NCBI GenBank assembly: GCA_963674705.1
Contig: OY771506.1
Coordinates: 4,800,001-4,864,000 of the forward strand
Direction of reading: 5' to 3'
Origin: Phycisphaeraceae bacterium
Lineage (GTDB): Bacteria; Planctomycetota; Phycisphaerae; Phycisphaerales; Phycisphaeraceae
DNA: 64,000 nt
Below are positions 51,783 through 61,958 of the stretch, in pieces (the first letter of the stretch is position 1; the number at the start of each line of letters is the position of its first letter). A program made the position numbers and the translations under genes. The notes beneath the pieces were generated by a model. The model had not been told where the DNA came from. It searched no databases and worked only from the letters and a program-made list of their open reading frames with translations.

Positions 51783-53837
51783 CTAGCGCCTGGCTGGGGG
51801 TACGGGTAAATCCCGGCCGTTAAGCACAAAGAATTGGCCTCTTGGATGTGCATGATAGTTCAGGTGCGTGTGATCTCCCCCGATGATAATGTCCATATAG
51901 CCGTCCTTGTCCCAGTCAACAAAGGTCACCCCCCCGTTGTGGTGCGAGATGATCTTGTGCAGAGGGATCGCTTCCCGGAAGTGCATCGGCTTTGATGTGT
52001 CCGCCAGGTGCAAGCGGATCTCGCCACCCCAGACTGTTGGTCCGAAGGCATTGTAGGTGACCAGGTCGAGTCCGCCATCGAGATCCCAATCGATCATGCC
52101 CAGGCCGCGCCGTCCGCTTGTCACGCTCAAGATGGCGGGATTCAATTGAAGCGGTTTGTCATCGGGCCCATAGAAAGGCCTAGGATCGTGCAACTCGTCA
52201 TCGCTATTGCCATACCAGAGAGTAACTACATTCTGTGTATCCAGTGCGACTATATCCATGTGCCCGTCGCCATTGAAGTCGCGTACAACAGGTTGAACAC
52301 GATGAGCAACGTCAAAGGCCTCACCGTTTAACTTCATCACATGTGGCTTTTCAAAACGTCGCTCACCATCGACCATCCGCCCGGGCAACCAGACCAAGCG
52401 GGCTGCCATTGATCCGGTGACGATGTCTTCCACACCATCATTGTTCCAGTCGACCATACGCGGCAATGTGCGTTCGAGATAGAACTCGATCGGCCCCCAG
52501 ACAGAACCTCGGCCGATCTCTATGCCGTAATACTCGAGTGGTTCGCCGTCCACATTCTTAATACGTTGGGGTATTTGCCAAACAGGCTTCAGGTCGGTTC
52601 CTTCGTTGATGAGAATCATCGGGGTGCCCGGTTCAGACCCCAGCAACAGGTCACGTACACCGTCACCGTTCCAGTCGGTTACCTCCACGGTGCAAATACC
52701 CTGCGCAGATACAGGAGTATCCTTACCACCTTTCATCGGGAGCATGCCATCATATTCCCAGCCGGTTGAAAAGTTCTCACCTTCCCTAACATGATTGAAT
52801 CGTAACAATCCCATCGTGAAAGCAAAGTAACTGGTCGTGATCATCTCAGGCTTGTTGTCGTTGTCTAGATCGACAAAGTATGCTCGGACAGATAGGTCGC
52901 TGTATATGGGATCGCCCAAAGTGTCAGAGAGCATGCCCGCATAGTTGAACTTCGGCTTACCCTCGCTACCCACATTCTGATACCAACGCAGGCCTGGACG
53001 CTCTTCTCCAACCACCAGATCAAACAATCCGTCGCCATCGATATCCTGTGCCTGCGGGTAGACGAAGCCGTAGGTTACAATATCTTTGCCATCCGCTTGC
53101 ACCAAAGCCGGCTTTTCGAACATAAAGTGCTTGCCATCAGATACGTTGCGCATGACGTAGACGCGTCCGGCCATCGGATTCCAACTATCTGCAGGATGTT
53201 TGTATCCGGCTGTGTATTTGCCGTTCGGCTGTGCGATACTGGGGTGCCAGCCGCCGATTAGTAGGTCTTCCCTGCCGTCTGCGTCCCAATCGACAACCGA
53301 GATGTTTGGGCACATCCACGAGTCGGCAAGCGTTTCGAGTATTGATCCGTCAGGCCAACGGGCCTCAATTACTTCCCACCGTATCTCGTTACCATCGCGC
53401 TTAGGAATGAACAAATTCAAAGGAAGGTCTTTGACACTGATTTCTTTGATGCCAGCGTGTTTCTCGAAGCATACAATGGCCGGCAAGTTACCGCCTGTCT
53501 GTTTCAGTCCGGACTTTTCCATCAGTGCAAAGAATCTACCGATTCGCTGATCCTCGATGGCCAAATGGTTCTTTTCGTAGACGTTTTCGTAGCGTGGTGT
53601 TGTAGGTGTGCCGATATTCAGACGCAGCAAGAGCCTGCCACCGTTTGGGCTCATCAACACGTCCTTTAATCCGTCACCGTTCCAATCCACAAACGCCAGG
53701 TCTGAACCACCAACCATGTAAGGCAATGGCACATCGCGGTTGTGACCATATGTCAATACCTCAGGATTGGATTGATCTGCGACGGCTATCGAGACGGAGA
53801 CCGCCAGGTATGCGAGGGCGAACAGGCGCTTATTCAT
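51783..53837 (-). CDS. Secreted FG-GAP/VCBS repeat protein
   Basis: Signal peptide; many D[WF]NGDGxxD repeats. Confidence 0.88.
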   Translation of the reverse strand: MNKRLFALAYLAVSVSIAVADQSNPEVLTYGHNRDVPLPYMVGGSDLAFVDWNGDGLKDVLMSPNGGRLLLRLNIGTPTTPRYENVYEKNHLAIEDQRIGRFFALMEKSGLKQTGGNLPAIVCFEKHAGIKEISVKDLPLNLFIPKRDGNEIRWEVIEARWPDGSILETLADSWMCPNISVVDWDADGREDLLIGGWHPSIAQPNGKYTAGYKHPADSWNPMAGRVYVMRNVSDGKHFMFEKPALVQADGKDIVTYGFVYPQAQDIDGDGLFDLVVGEERPGLRWYQNVGSEGKPKFNYAGMLSDTLGDPIYSDLSVRAYFVDLDNDNKPEMITTSYFAFTMGLLRFNHVREGENFSTGWEYDGMLPMKGGKDTPVSAQGICTVEVTDWNGDGVRDLLLGSEPGTPMILINEGTDLKPVWQIPQRIKNVDGEPLEYYGIEIGRGSVWGPIEFYLERTLPRMVDWNNDGVEDIVTGSMAARLVWLPGRMVDGERRFEKPHVMKLNGEAFDVAHRVQPVVRDFNGDGHMDIVALDTQNVVTLWYGNSDDELHDPRPFYGPDDKPLQLNPAILSVTSGRRGLGMIDWDLDGGLDLVTYNAFGPTVWGGEIRLHLADTSKPMHFREAIPLHKIISHHNGGVTFVDWDKDGYMDIIIGGDHTHLNYHAHPRGQFFVLNGRDLPVPPARR

Positions 53838-53867
53838 TCTTAATTCCTCTATCGTCTGAGTCGATGT

Positions 53868-56339
53868 TCATAGATCTTGTTCAGCGTACATGGTGTACGA
53901 ATAATTAATCCTTCGCCGCCGGGGGATATAACTCATCACCAACGCGACGGTGACACAGATAACGATGCTGACCACGGGGTAGAGAAAGAAGCTGATTCGC
54001 GTGTATTGGCTTACATAGAATGTTCCCGCGGCGCCAGTTACCGCGCCGCCCAAGACATCCCATCCATCTGTGCGTTTTGTGAAAATGCCAAGCATAAACA
54101 GACCCGCCAGCACACCAACAAACAATCCCACGATCCAGATAAATGTGTCCCAGATCGATTTTATCCCGCTCTGTGCCAGGTATATCGCCATCAATGTTCC
54201 GAACACTCCAAGCACAAATACGATCAGTTTTGCCATCCATACCCGTGATCGCTCGGTACTACCCGGGATGAATCGGATGTAAATGTCACTCACCAGTACG
54301 GTCGCAGTCGAGTGCATAGACGAATCCAAGCTTGACATCGCAGCGGCAAAGATGGCGGCAATCAGCAGTCCGGTCAGCCCGGGAGGAAACGTTTGTGCAA
54401 TAAATAAAGGCACCACGCCATTAATATCTACAGCCGGATGCAGCATGGCGGGGTGTGTCTTATAAAACACGTAAAGTGCTGTCCCCAGGAGAAACACTAA
54501 ACACGCCCACGGGACTGATGCAAACACATCCAGCCAGAGTGCCCTGCCGGCAGACTTTGTGTCAGGCGTCGTGAGGTAGCGTTGGATCACTGTCTGATCT
54601 GATGTCAGGCCTGACAGCCGCGAGAATATGTTGCCGACCAATACCACCCAGATAGCGGCGGCGCCGATGTCCATCGTCGGCAGCATGATCCGCATCTTAT
54701 GATCCTCAGCAACAACACCCATGAACTGCGAGACGCCGTCGTCCAGGCTGAAGAAGACGACAACCACCGCCACTAACGCCCCACTCATCAGCAGGCAAGC
54801 TTGCACAACATCGGTCCATACCACCGCTGCCATACCACCGGTCACGGTGTAGAGCGTGGCGATCACCCCCATCAGGACAATGCACACGGACAGGCTCAGG
54901 TCAGTGATGGTCGCTAATGCTAGCGCGGGCAGCAGCAGGACGACTGCCAGCCTGCCAATCTGCATCAGGCTGAATGACAATGCCGCGAATAGTCTGGTCG
55001 TCGTATTAAAGCGCAGTTCCAGATAGCTGTACGCGCTGGCGACCTTAAATTTTCTAAAGTGTGGGATATAAAATCGTGTGACTACGGGCACGACGATAAA
55101 CCATGTCAGCACACCGGTAAAGTAAGCCCAGTTGGTTGCGAACGTTTTGGCAGGCACAGCCATAAATCCGATTGAGCTAACCTGCGTTGCCAGCAGGCTT
55201 ATGCCCGCAGCCCACCACGGGATACGGTTACCCGCGAGGAAGTAATCATTCGTAGTCTGTCCGCGTTTAGAAAAGTATAATCCGACTCCAACGATGACCA
55301 TTAGGTATGCAGTTAGTGTGACATAATCGAAAGCTTTGAAGTGTGAGGCCGCTGACTGGACATCCCCCACACTGACGCGATATCCGGCATCCTCCCTGTG
55401 TACCAGCAGGATACTATCCGACAGTTCAACCGCTGCAACGGGACCCTTGATCTCAGTACCGTGAGAGATCTCAGCCCAAGTATTAGTGATAGTGTGGTAA
55501 GCATAAGCAACCGTATGGCTATCTTCCTGACTACTTCCAAATAAAAGGATGTGCGCCGCTCCCACTGGTACAGCAGTAGCTGCCGTGAACCCTACTGGTG
55601 GCGGTGACAATGTCGACCATTGTTTCACGCCCGGATCGTATCGGTATGCGGTGCTTTTATGCGAGGTGTCAAACAGGAATAGAGCGTCTCGTTCAGCCGC
55701 GCCTTGTGCAACTAGAATTGGGTGATGCAATACTGACACGGGACCGGTATCAACTTCTTGCCATGTGGCACTAGATATTGTTTGTTCGTTCCCTGTAATT
55801 CTGAGCGACAGAAATCGTGGCGACATGTCTAGTTCGTTTTTACTGCCGATCAGATAAACAGAACCTCTATGAGCCACGGCCGAGGCGCGTGACACAGTGG
55901 TTGGCAATTGAGGCCAATCCGTGTCTACTTCCACGGTACGATAATCAGCGTTCCATCCGATCCGGGCTACTTGTGCAACGGCACCGTCTGGTCCGCTTCC
56001 TCCCATGAACAGGATTCCACCGTCTACCGCAACAACAGCTCCGTAGGCTGTAGGCAAATGGAGTTTTCCAGCCTGACGCCATAATGAACCGCCGTTATCA
56101 TTCAACGGCAAGGCATAGACCTCGTCTGAGAATGAGTCTTTCCTACCCGACTTATCCAAGCCGCCAGCAACAATCAGTACCCCCTGGTCCACACCGATCA
56201 TGGCGCCGGAACGCATCGTCAGTGGTTCGGCAATCTCACGCCAATTAATCCACTCAGGCAATGGCTGCGCTGCTTTGACCGGGTAGCACAGAATCAGTGT
56301 TAACACACATCCAATGTATAGAAGAAGTATACGCGGCAT
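53868..56339 (-). CDS. Sodium:solute symporter fused to an N-terminal Kelch (NanM-mutarotase-like) propeller
   Basis: LIVAGG/LFMGG Kelch motifs, YHTITNTW; DYFLAG.RIPWWAAGIS, SAYSYLELRF, DQTVIQRYL, AIFAAAMSSLDS. Confidence 0.88.
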   Translation of the reverse strand: MPRILLLYIGCVLTLILCYPVKAAQPLPEWINWREIAEPLTMRSGAMIGVDQGVLIVAGGLDKSGRKDSFSDEVYALPLNDNGGSLWRQAGKLHLPTAYGAVVAVDGGILFMGGSGPDGAVAQVARIGWNADYRTVEVDTDWPQLPTTVSRASAVAHRGSVYLIGSKNELDMSPRFLSLRITGNEQTISSATWQEVDTGPVSVLHHPILVAQGAAERDALFLFDTSHKSTAYRYDPGVKQWSTLSPPPVGFTAATAVPVGAAHILLFGSSQEDSHTVAYAYHTITNTWAEISHGTEIKGPVAAVELSDSILLVHREDAGYRVSVGDVQSAASHFKAFDYVTLTAYLMVIVGVGLYFSKRGQTTNDYFLAGNRIPWWAAGISLLATQVSSIGFMAVPAKTFATNWAYFTGVLTWFIVVPVVTRFYIPHFRKFKVASAYSYLELRFNTTTRLFAALSFSLMQIGRLAVVLLLPALALATITDLSLSVCIVLMGVIATLYTVTGGMAAVVWTDVVQACLLMSGALVAVVVVFFSLDDGVSQFMGVVAEDHKMRIMLPTMDIGAAAIWVVLVGNIFSRLSGLTSDQTVIQRYLTTPDTKSAGRALWLDVFASVPWACLVFLLGTALYVFYKTHPAMLHPAVDINGVVPLFIAQTFPPGLTGLLIAAIFAAAMSSLDSSMHSTATVLVSDIYIRFIPGSTERSRVWMAKLIVFVLGVFGTLMAIYLAQSGIKSIWDTFIWIVGLFVGVLAGLFMLGIFTKRTDGWDVLGGAVTGAAGTFYVSQYTRISFFLYPVVSIVICVTVALVMSYIPRRRRINYSYTMYAEQDL

Positions 56340-56449
56340 GGCGCCTTGGACATCCTGGTGTATTTGAATCGAGCGTCTCAATTCCAGTCTTATGAATGGT
56401 ATCACACACTTATCTCGCTGTAGATCTGGGCGCAATCATGTACTTGCTG

Positions 56450-56731
56450 ATATTCACTGTTCAGCTTCTGCTTGTTGCCAGATCACGGCATCGACCATGC
56501 CTTCGGCTTGCAGTTCCAGTTGACAACGCATCCACCATAAGGACGGATCGAGCCAATTGGCAACTTCTTATACGGGCTAGGAGCCGGCGGCGCCTTGTTG
56601 TTGACATAGTAATCGTTGCCACCTGTACCCGGCGGTGCGTCCACGACAGATATGTCCGCCGTAACCGAACCCGCGATCGCCAGCACGCATACCTCATACC
56701 AGTACCGGCACCTCGACACCCTGTCATACAT
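56450..56731 (-). pseudogene. Truncated, frameshifted N-terminus of a GH127/GH146-like glycoside hydrolase
   Basis: YYVNNKAP..PSPYKKLPIGSIRP continues in another frame as WMRCQLELQAEGM, then stops. Confidence 0.6.
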
Positions 56732-56746
56732 GGTAAACGGATTCCT

Positions 56747-57481
56747 TCAGGGCGTGACCGTCTCGCGGTCCTTTCCGCGCTGAATCGGCTGCCAGAACTG
56801 CAGGCTATATTCCCAGTACGGCTCCATGTCCGCATAGTCCACCCACGCGGCGGAGCCATCACCATACACCGCGGTCGTCCCTGTCACTGCCTTACCTCCG
56901 TCCACCAATTCGTATCCCACAAAATCATTCGTTGAAAGAGACTTCCATGTCACAGCGGACCAGACAGCACTGCTGTTGAAACGCCGGTCAGCATCCGCAC
57001 GGCTGAAGTCTACCCGATCAATCAACCAGTTCCCGGTGTTACGATCAAAGAAGTGATACTGCATGGTTGTGTAGCCTGGGTCGTCGTCTTTCCGATAGCC
57101 GGGAAATTCAGTCGTGCGGTATTCGCCTATGAACGGCCCCTTAGAGAAAAATATCTCTTCGCGTAGTTCCTCGCCGATATAAGGATTGGCGAGAGACTCA
57201 TATAAATCATACTGGAACCGTGCGGGTCGACCTGCTACCTGACGCATAACGTGTGGCCAGAGCGATGTCCGTACCCGTGCGGGCAACTCATCCTGGTTAT
57301 CACTACAGTAGGCAAACGTAGCAATACCCAATTGTTTGAGTTTGTTGATCTCGCGGATACGTGCCGCGGACTTCTTTGCCGCGCCAAGCGCCGGCAGCAG
57401 GATACCTACAAGCAGAGCGATGATCGAGATAACAACCAGGAGTTCGATCAGCGTAAAGGCTTGACTTCTACCGCGAATCAT
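56747..57481 (-). CDS. Prepilin-type N-terminal cleavage/methylation domain protein (DUF1559-like)
   Basis: [30 protein letters not shown]-terminal VYGDGSAAW. Confidence 0.9.
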   Translation of the reverse strand: MIRGRSQAFTLIELLVVISIIALLVGILLPALGAAKKSAARIREINKLKQLGIATFAYCSDNQDELPARVRTSLWPHVMRQVAGRPARFQYDLYESLANPYIGEELREEIFFSKGPFIGEYRTTEFPGYRKDDDPGYTTMQYHFFDRNTGNWLIDRVDFSRADADRRFNSSAVWSAVTWKSLSTNDFVGYELVDGGKAVTGTTAVYGDGSAAWVDYADMEPYWEYSLQFWQPIQRGKDRETVTP

Positions 57482-57595
57482 GTGTGTTCTCCAGAATATA
57501 CGGTGCGCGGTTCTTGTATTCGGACGCGTTACCGGGCCTAGGACCGCGGTTGGATAATTGGGTGGGTCGCCGTCAAGCGGCCCACCACGGGAGGA

Positions 57596-58687
57596 TTAGG
57601 CGTTACGTCGGCGGAGTGAGACCGCGACACATACGCCAAACAGTCCTAACGTTGCCGGTTCAGGCACGTTTGAGACCGGAGGGGTGCCAGCGTTCCAGTT
57701 GTTCAGAACAATATCCAAATCATCCAGGCCAACAAAACCATCGCCTGATGGGTCAGCTGCTGGATCGGCAGGCGGGACACTCTGGTTCCAAACACCGAGG
57801 ATAATGTCCAAGTCATCCAGCCCCACAAAGCCGTCCCCGTTCAGGTCACCTTCCAGTGCAAACCCAGCAAGCGAAGCGATATCAGTGGCGGTAAGCGCAC
57901 TATTCCAGATCGCGAAATCATCCACACTACCACCTTCATTCAACTGGGAGTCATATCGTCCGCTTAAGTTGAATGGCGAATCGCTGGAAAGGTCGATGTC
58001 ATCCACACCAGCAAGCCCTGTGCTTACCGCAGTCATCGTTACCAGCTCACCATCGAGGTATAGCCTTATCCCTCGCGTATCGTCAGTCTCGTCATAACTG
58101 AATGTGAGCGCTACATGGTGCCAATCGGTGTCGGTGATAGTGGTCACACTATCGGCAATGATACGAGCCTCACTACTCGTCCCCGAGACAGGTGTATGAT
58201 CGTATCGGAACAGGCCGGTTAGTTTGCCGCCACTACCGATATCAAATGACCACCCGCGCAGTTCCAGCCCGTCACCGTCTCCGATGTCTTCGCGGATCAT
58301 TTTCGACGCCAGGAAGAATCGGTCGCCCACGTTCTCAAGCTTGACCCAGGACGCGACGGTGATTGGTGTATCGCGTGTCACGTTCAAGATTGAATCGTCA
58401 CTGGTGGTACCGGTCGTAGTCAAGATGACGGGATCGGGCAGAAGCAGGCCGTTTCCATTGACACCGGTGACCAAATTTGCTGGTGTCTCGAAGCCCTGTG
58501 CATCTACTGCGAGCAGGTCGACGCTGTTCGGTCCCGAGTCCGTTACTTCACCACCGGCACCTAGCGTCTCGAACTCGTAGTACACCAGAGCGCTATCGTA
58601 TAACGAACTGGCGGATGCCGAGGCCAACGGCATTACAGCAATACCCACAGCCGCGAGCCCCTTGATGTAGTTTTGTTGATACTTCAT
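57596..58687 (-). CDS. LamG/concanavalin-like PEP-CTERM protein with dockerin-like module
   Basis: TVASWVK, WHHVALTF, LYLDG, VDDFAIWNSALT; VPEP tail. Confidence 0.88.
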   Translation of the reverse strand: MKYQQNYIKGLAAVGIAVMPLASASASSLYDSALVYYEFETLGAGGEVTDSGPNSVDLLAVDAQGFETPANLVTGVNGNGLLLPDPVILTTTGTTSDDSILNVTRDTPITVASWVKLENVGDRFFLASKMIREDIGDGDGLELRGWSFDIGSGGKLTGLFRYDHTPVSGTSSEARIIADSVTTITDTDWHHVALTFSYDETDDTRGIRLYLDGELVTMTAVSTGLAGVDDIDLSSDSPFNLSGRYDSQLNEGGSVDDFAIWNSALTATDIASLAGFALEGDLNGDGFVGLDDLDIILGVWNQSVPPADPAADPSGDGFVGLDDLDIVLNNWNAGTPPVSNVPEPATLGLFGVCVAVSLRRRNA

Positions 58688-58768
58688 AGTGTCCTCCTTT
58701 GTGTATTCAGATAAGGAATGCTTTCATCCGAGGTTGATAATCTCACCGACTAAGAACGATCCACCAAT

Positions 58769-59653
58769 TCAGTTGGATTTACGTCTTACTGATGCGCGCC
58801 CCACATACAACAAACTGCCTAATAACAGTGAGAAAGTAGCCGGTTCAGGTGCTAGCGCAGCAATATCTGATGGGCTGAGCACGGAGTTCCAGACCGCAAA
58901 ATCATCGACGGCCCCTCCCTCGTTAAGTTGTGAGTCGTAACGACCACTGAAGTTAAACGGAGAATCATGCGACAGGTCGTAATCAGCGATACCCGCCAGC
59001 CCTGTACTGCTTGCTGTCATAGGCTGTAGTGTGCCGTCAAGATAGATCCGCATGCCACGCGTTGCATCAGCCTCATCGTAGCTGAAGGTCAGGGCGACAT
59101 GATGCCAAGCGGTATCCGTGATCGTTGTATCGCTATTGACTATGATCCTTGCATCGGCAGATGTGCCTGATGTGGGTGTGTGATCGTAACGCCAGATAGC
59201 CGCCAGTTTCCCGCCGGCATCTACCGTAAACGACCATCCCTGCAGTTCCAAGCCGGTATCGGAATCATTCGGGTCCTCGCGGAGGACTTTGGATGCCAGG
59301 AAGAACCGATCTGTGGCGTTTTCAAGCTTGATCCATGCCGCAAGCGAGAAGGATGTGTCACGTGTAACGTTGAGAATCGAATCATCACTACCGGTCCCTG
59401 TAGTTGTGAGCACGACACCATCCGGTAAACGTATCGCATTCCCGGTAATGCCGTTGATAAGGCTCGCTGTGCCGCCAGAGGCAATGAGGTCAACGTTATT
59501 GGGGCTTGAATCTGCAACCTCGCCACCCGCGCCCAAGGACTCGAACTCGTAATGAACCAGTGCGCTATCGTATAACGAGGCTGACGAAGCAGTAAACGAA
59601 AGTGCAATAATTGAAGTCGATACGAACGTTTGCATGGATCTAGCAGTTCTCAT
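58769..59653 (-). CDS. LamG/concanavalin-like PEP-CTERM protein without dockerin-like module (paralog of adjacent gene)
   Basis: SLYDSALV, DDSILNVTRDT, WHHVALTFSYDE, SGRYDSQLNEGG shared with 57596..58687; APEP tail. Confidence 0.88.
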   Translation of the reverse strand: MRTARSMQTFVSTSIIALSFTASSASLYDSALVHYEFESLGAGGEVADSSPNNVDLIASGGTASLINGITGNAIRLPDGVVLTTTGTGSDDSILNVTRDTSFSLAAWIKLENATDRFFLASKVLREDPNDSDTGLELQGWSFTVDAGGKLAAIWRYDHTPTSGTSADARIIVNSDTTITDTAWHHVALTFSYDEADATRGMRIYLDGTLQPMTASSTGLAGIADYDLSHDSPFNFSGRYDSQLNEGGAVDDFAVWNSVLSPSDIAALAPEPATFSLLLGSLLYVGRASVRRKSN

Positions 59654-59739
59654 TCTCTTCCCTCCTAAGCTAGCAGTAACAGGTGAATTGACCGGGTGCC
59701 GCCATACATTTAACGCAACCCCGTCAAACTAAAGTGTGG

Positions 59740-60567
59740 TCAGATTCCGCAATCCTCTATCTGTGTGATCTCACGAGACAGCCCGTCAAGTTCGTCATAA
59801 ATACCCTTTGCGTCTATTGATTCTGTTCGTAGATGCTCATCGTCTCGGGCCATTGCAATCGCCAAGCCGCGACGGATGTGGCTACGCATCAGACGCGAAG
59901 CCTGCTTGGGATCGGCCTGCTCGATGGCGTTCAATATCTCGGTATGTTCGCATAGCGAGCCTTCAAGGTTTCGCATGCGCAGGTCAGAAAGCCGATGCCC
60001 GAACACCCTGGTCATTAGCCGAAGGCCGGCCACCATTTTGACGGCCATCTGGTTGCCAGCACGGTGCAATACCGCAAGGTGGAATGTTGCGTCCGCGATC
60101 CCCCATTGCTTGTGCAGTAGTACGTTCTCCGTAGCATGCCGATGGTCCCAGGAATGTCGGCTCAGTTGTCGCATCAACTCGATCGAACGTCTCATCTGCT
60201 CATAACCGTGCGTTCCAGTTGCCATCGCAGCTTTTCTTGCTGCATGCGATTCCAAGACCATGCGAAGTTCGTAGATGTCCTTTACCTCCAATCGCGTTGG
60301 GTTCATGACGAACGTCCCTACACCCGGCCGGTGCTCCAGCAATCCCTCACCGACGAGTTGTGTGATGGCTTCACGGACGGGAATCGTACTGACGCCTAAG
60401 TCACGCGCCAGCCCGCGCGTGGATACTTTGGTCCCACCAGGCAGCTCCATCGCCTCGATCTGCCTCCGGATCTGGTTGTACGCACGCTCTTTCTGGGTCG
60501 CGGTTGTGCTTTGAAAGCTATTCGCGAAAGGAGGTTTTTCACGGGAAGTATTAAGTGGCGACAACAT
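59740..60567 (-). CDS. GntR-family regulator (FCD domain), paralog of 50920..51750
   Basis: KERAY, IPVREAITQLVGEGLLEHRPGVGTFVMNPTR, DIYELR. Confidence 0.92.
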   Translation of the reverse strand: MLSPLNTSREKPPFANSFQSTTATQKERAYNQIRRQIEAMELPGGTKVSTRGLARDLGVSTIPVREAITQLVGEGLLEHRPGVGTFVMNPTRLEVKDIYELRMVLESHAARKAAMATGTHGYEQMRRSIELMRQLSRHSWDHRHATENVLLHKQWGIADATFHLAVLHRAGNQMAVKMVAGLRLMTRVFGHRLSDLRMRNLEGSLCEHTEILNAIEQADPKQASRLMRSHIRRGLAIAMARDDEHLRTESIDAKGIYDELDGLSREITQIEDCGI

Positions 60568-60638
60568 TACAACAACGATTCCTCAAAGGCGAGTCAACCG
60601 GTACATAGCGGATTACCCAAACGGGCCATGATTGTACG

Positions 60639-60660
60639 GATATATGATATATCACATATC
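60639..60660. promoter_or_regulatory. Near-palindrome GATATATGATATATCACATATC, candidate GntR operator
   Basis: Lies in the divergent gntR / lyase intergenic region; core TGATATATCA. Confidence 0.6.
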
Positions 60661-60863
60661 ACGTCTGTCAATAAGGGAAGCCCTTAAATATTTTAAGTAT
60701 TCATAAATATAAATTATTACATTATTTATAATTTCTTCGCCCAGCCTGTGTACTATGTGGGCAGATTGACAGGTGGGCAATATGTGGTACATTGGATACA
60801 TTAACAATATGCCATGTATATCATTTATGGCGTTTTAATTCTTACAGACACGAGGTGTTGAGT

Positions 60864-61865
60864 ATGAGCTTTTGGGACCGGTTGCTGGTCGCCCCGTTGG
60901 CGCCGATGAACAACGACGGTGAATTGAATCTGAAGTTGGTCGAACGTTATGCCGCGGTTTTGATCTCACGTGGAGCGGAAGGTTTCTATTTGTGTGGTAG
61001 TACCGGCGAAGGCGTGCTCTTGACCGTACAAGAACGCATGTCACTTGTTCAACGCTGGGTTGATGTAATCGGTAACCAAGTGCCTGTTGTTGTCCACGTG
61101 GGCGATACCAGCATCCGCAATGCCTGCGACCTTGCTGAGCATGCGGGGACTTTAAAGGTTACTGCGATTTCTTCGATGGGCCCGTTGTATCCGGGCGTAC
61201 CTCTCAGAAGTATGGATGACCTGGTGCGCTGGTCCGCAACAATCGCAGCTTCGGTGCCACAATTGCCCTTCTTCCATTACCACATGGGTGCCCTGGCCGG
61301 AATGCCACGTGTGCGAATGTCAGAGTATGTGAAACTGGCAGTCGAACGGATCCCGAATTTTACCGGCGTAAAATTCACTCATGAAGACCTCATGGACTTC
61401 AGTCATTGCCTGCGGTTTTTCGATGGCAGGTATGCCTTGCTTTACGGTAAGGATGAGATGCTCTTACCAGCAATGGCGTGTGGGGCAAAGGGCTTTGTCG
61501 GCGGTAGCTACAACCTGACGTCGCCTCTAGCCGTAAAGATTATTCAAGCTCATCAGGCGAATAGCCTCGACAAGGCAAGGTCATATCAATCTCAACTGCA
61601 AGATGTCATAGCCCTAGTACAACGCCATGGCGGCATGCCCGCATTGAAAGCCGCAATGGGAGCGATCGGACTTGACCTAGGTGGCATACGCCAGCCCTGG
61701 CGTGGTCTAGATCATGAAAGCATCGACTGCCTGATTCAAGAACTGGAACAAATCTGGCCGGATGTTGGCAATGACTCGCATCATCATGCCAGCGAACCTT
61801 CAAAGGAACCATTAACTACGCCGACTATCACTGCACATGTCAGAGATGCCGCGAAACAGGTATAA
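60864..61865 (+). CDS. DHDPS-family aldolase, N-acetylneuraminate-lyase-like
   Basis: CGSTGEG, VVVHVG, GVKFT Schiff-base lysine, GKDEMLL, GGSYN. Confidence 0.85.
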   Translation: MSFWDRLLVAPLAPMNNDGELNLKLVERYAAVLISRGAEGFYLCGSTGEGVLLTVQERMSLVQRWVDVIGNQVPVVVHVGDTSIRNACDLAEHAGTLKVTAISSMGPLYPGVPLRSMDDLVRWSATIAASVPQLPFFHYHMGALAGMPRVRMSEYVKLAVERIPNFTGVKFTHEDLMDFSHCLRFFDGRYALLYGKDEMLLPAMACGAKGFVGGSYNLTSPLAVKIIQAHQANSLDKARSYQSQLQDVIALVQRHGGMPALKAAMGAIGLDLGGIRQPWRGLDHESIDCLIQELEQIWPDVGNDSHHHASEPSKEPLTTPTITAHVRDAAKQV

Positions 61866-61958
61866 GAGATTGTTCATCAATAATCATGAAGACATACTTA
61901 AGAGCTGGTCCCCAAATCTTGGACAGCCGGTTGGCCTGAATAAGGTGGGCCAACGGGT

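Noticed and set aside
428..58687. Classical cellulosome
   Set aside because: No cohesin or scaffoldin in the window, and the dockerin-like proteins carry their own PEP-CTERM anchors
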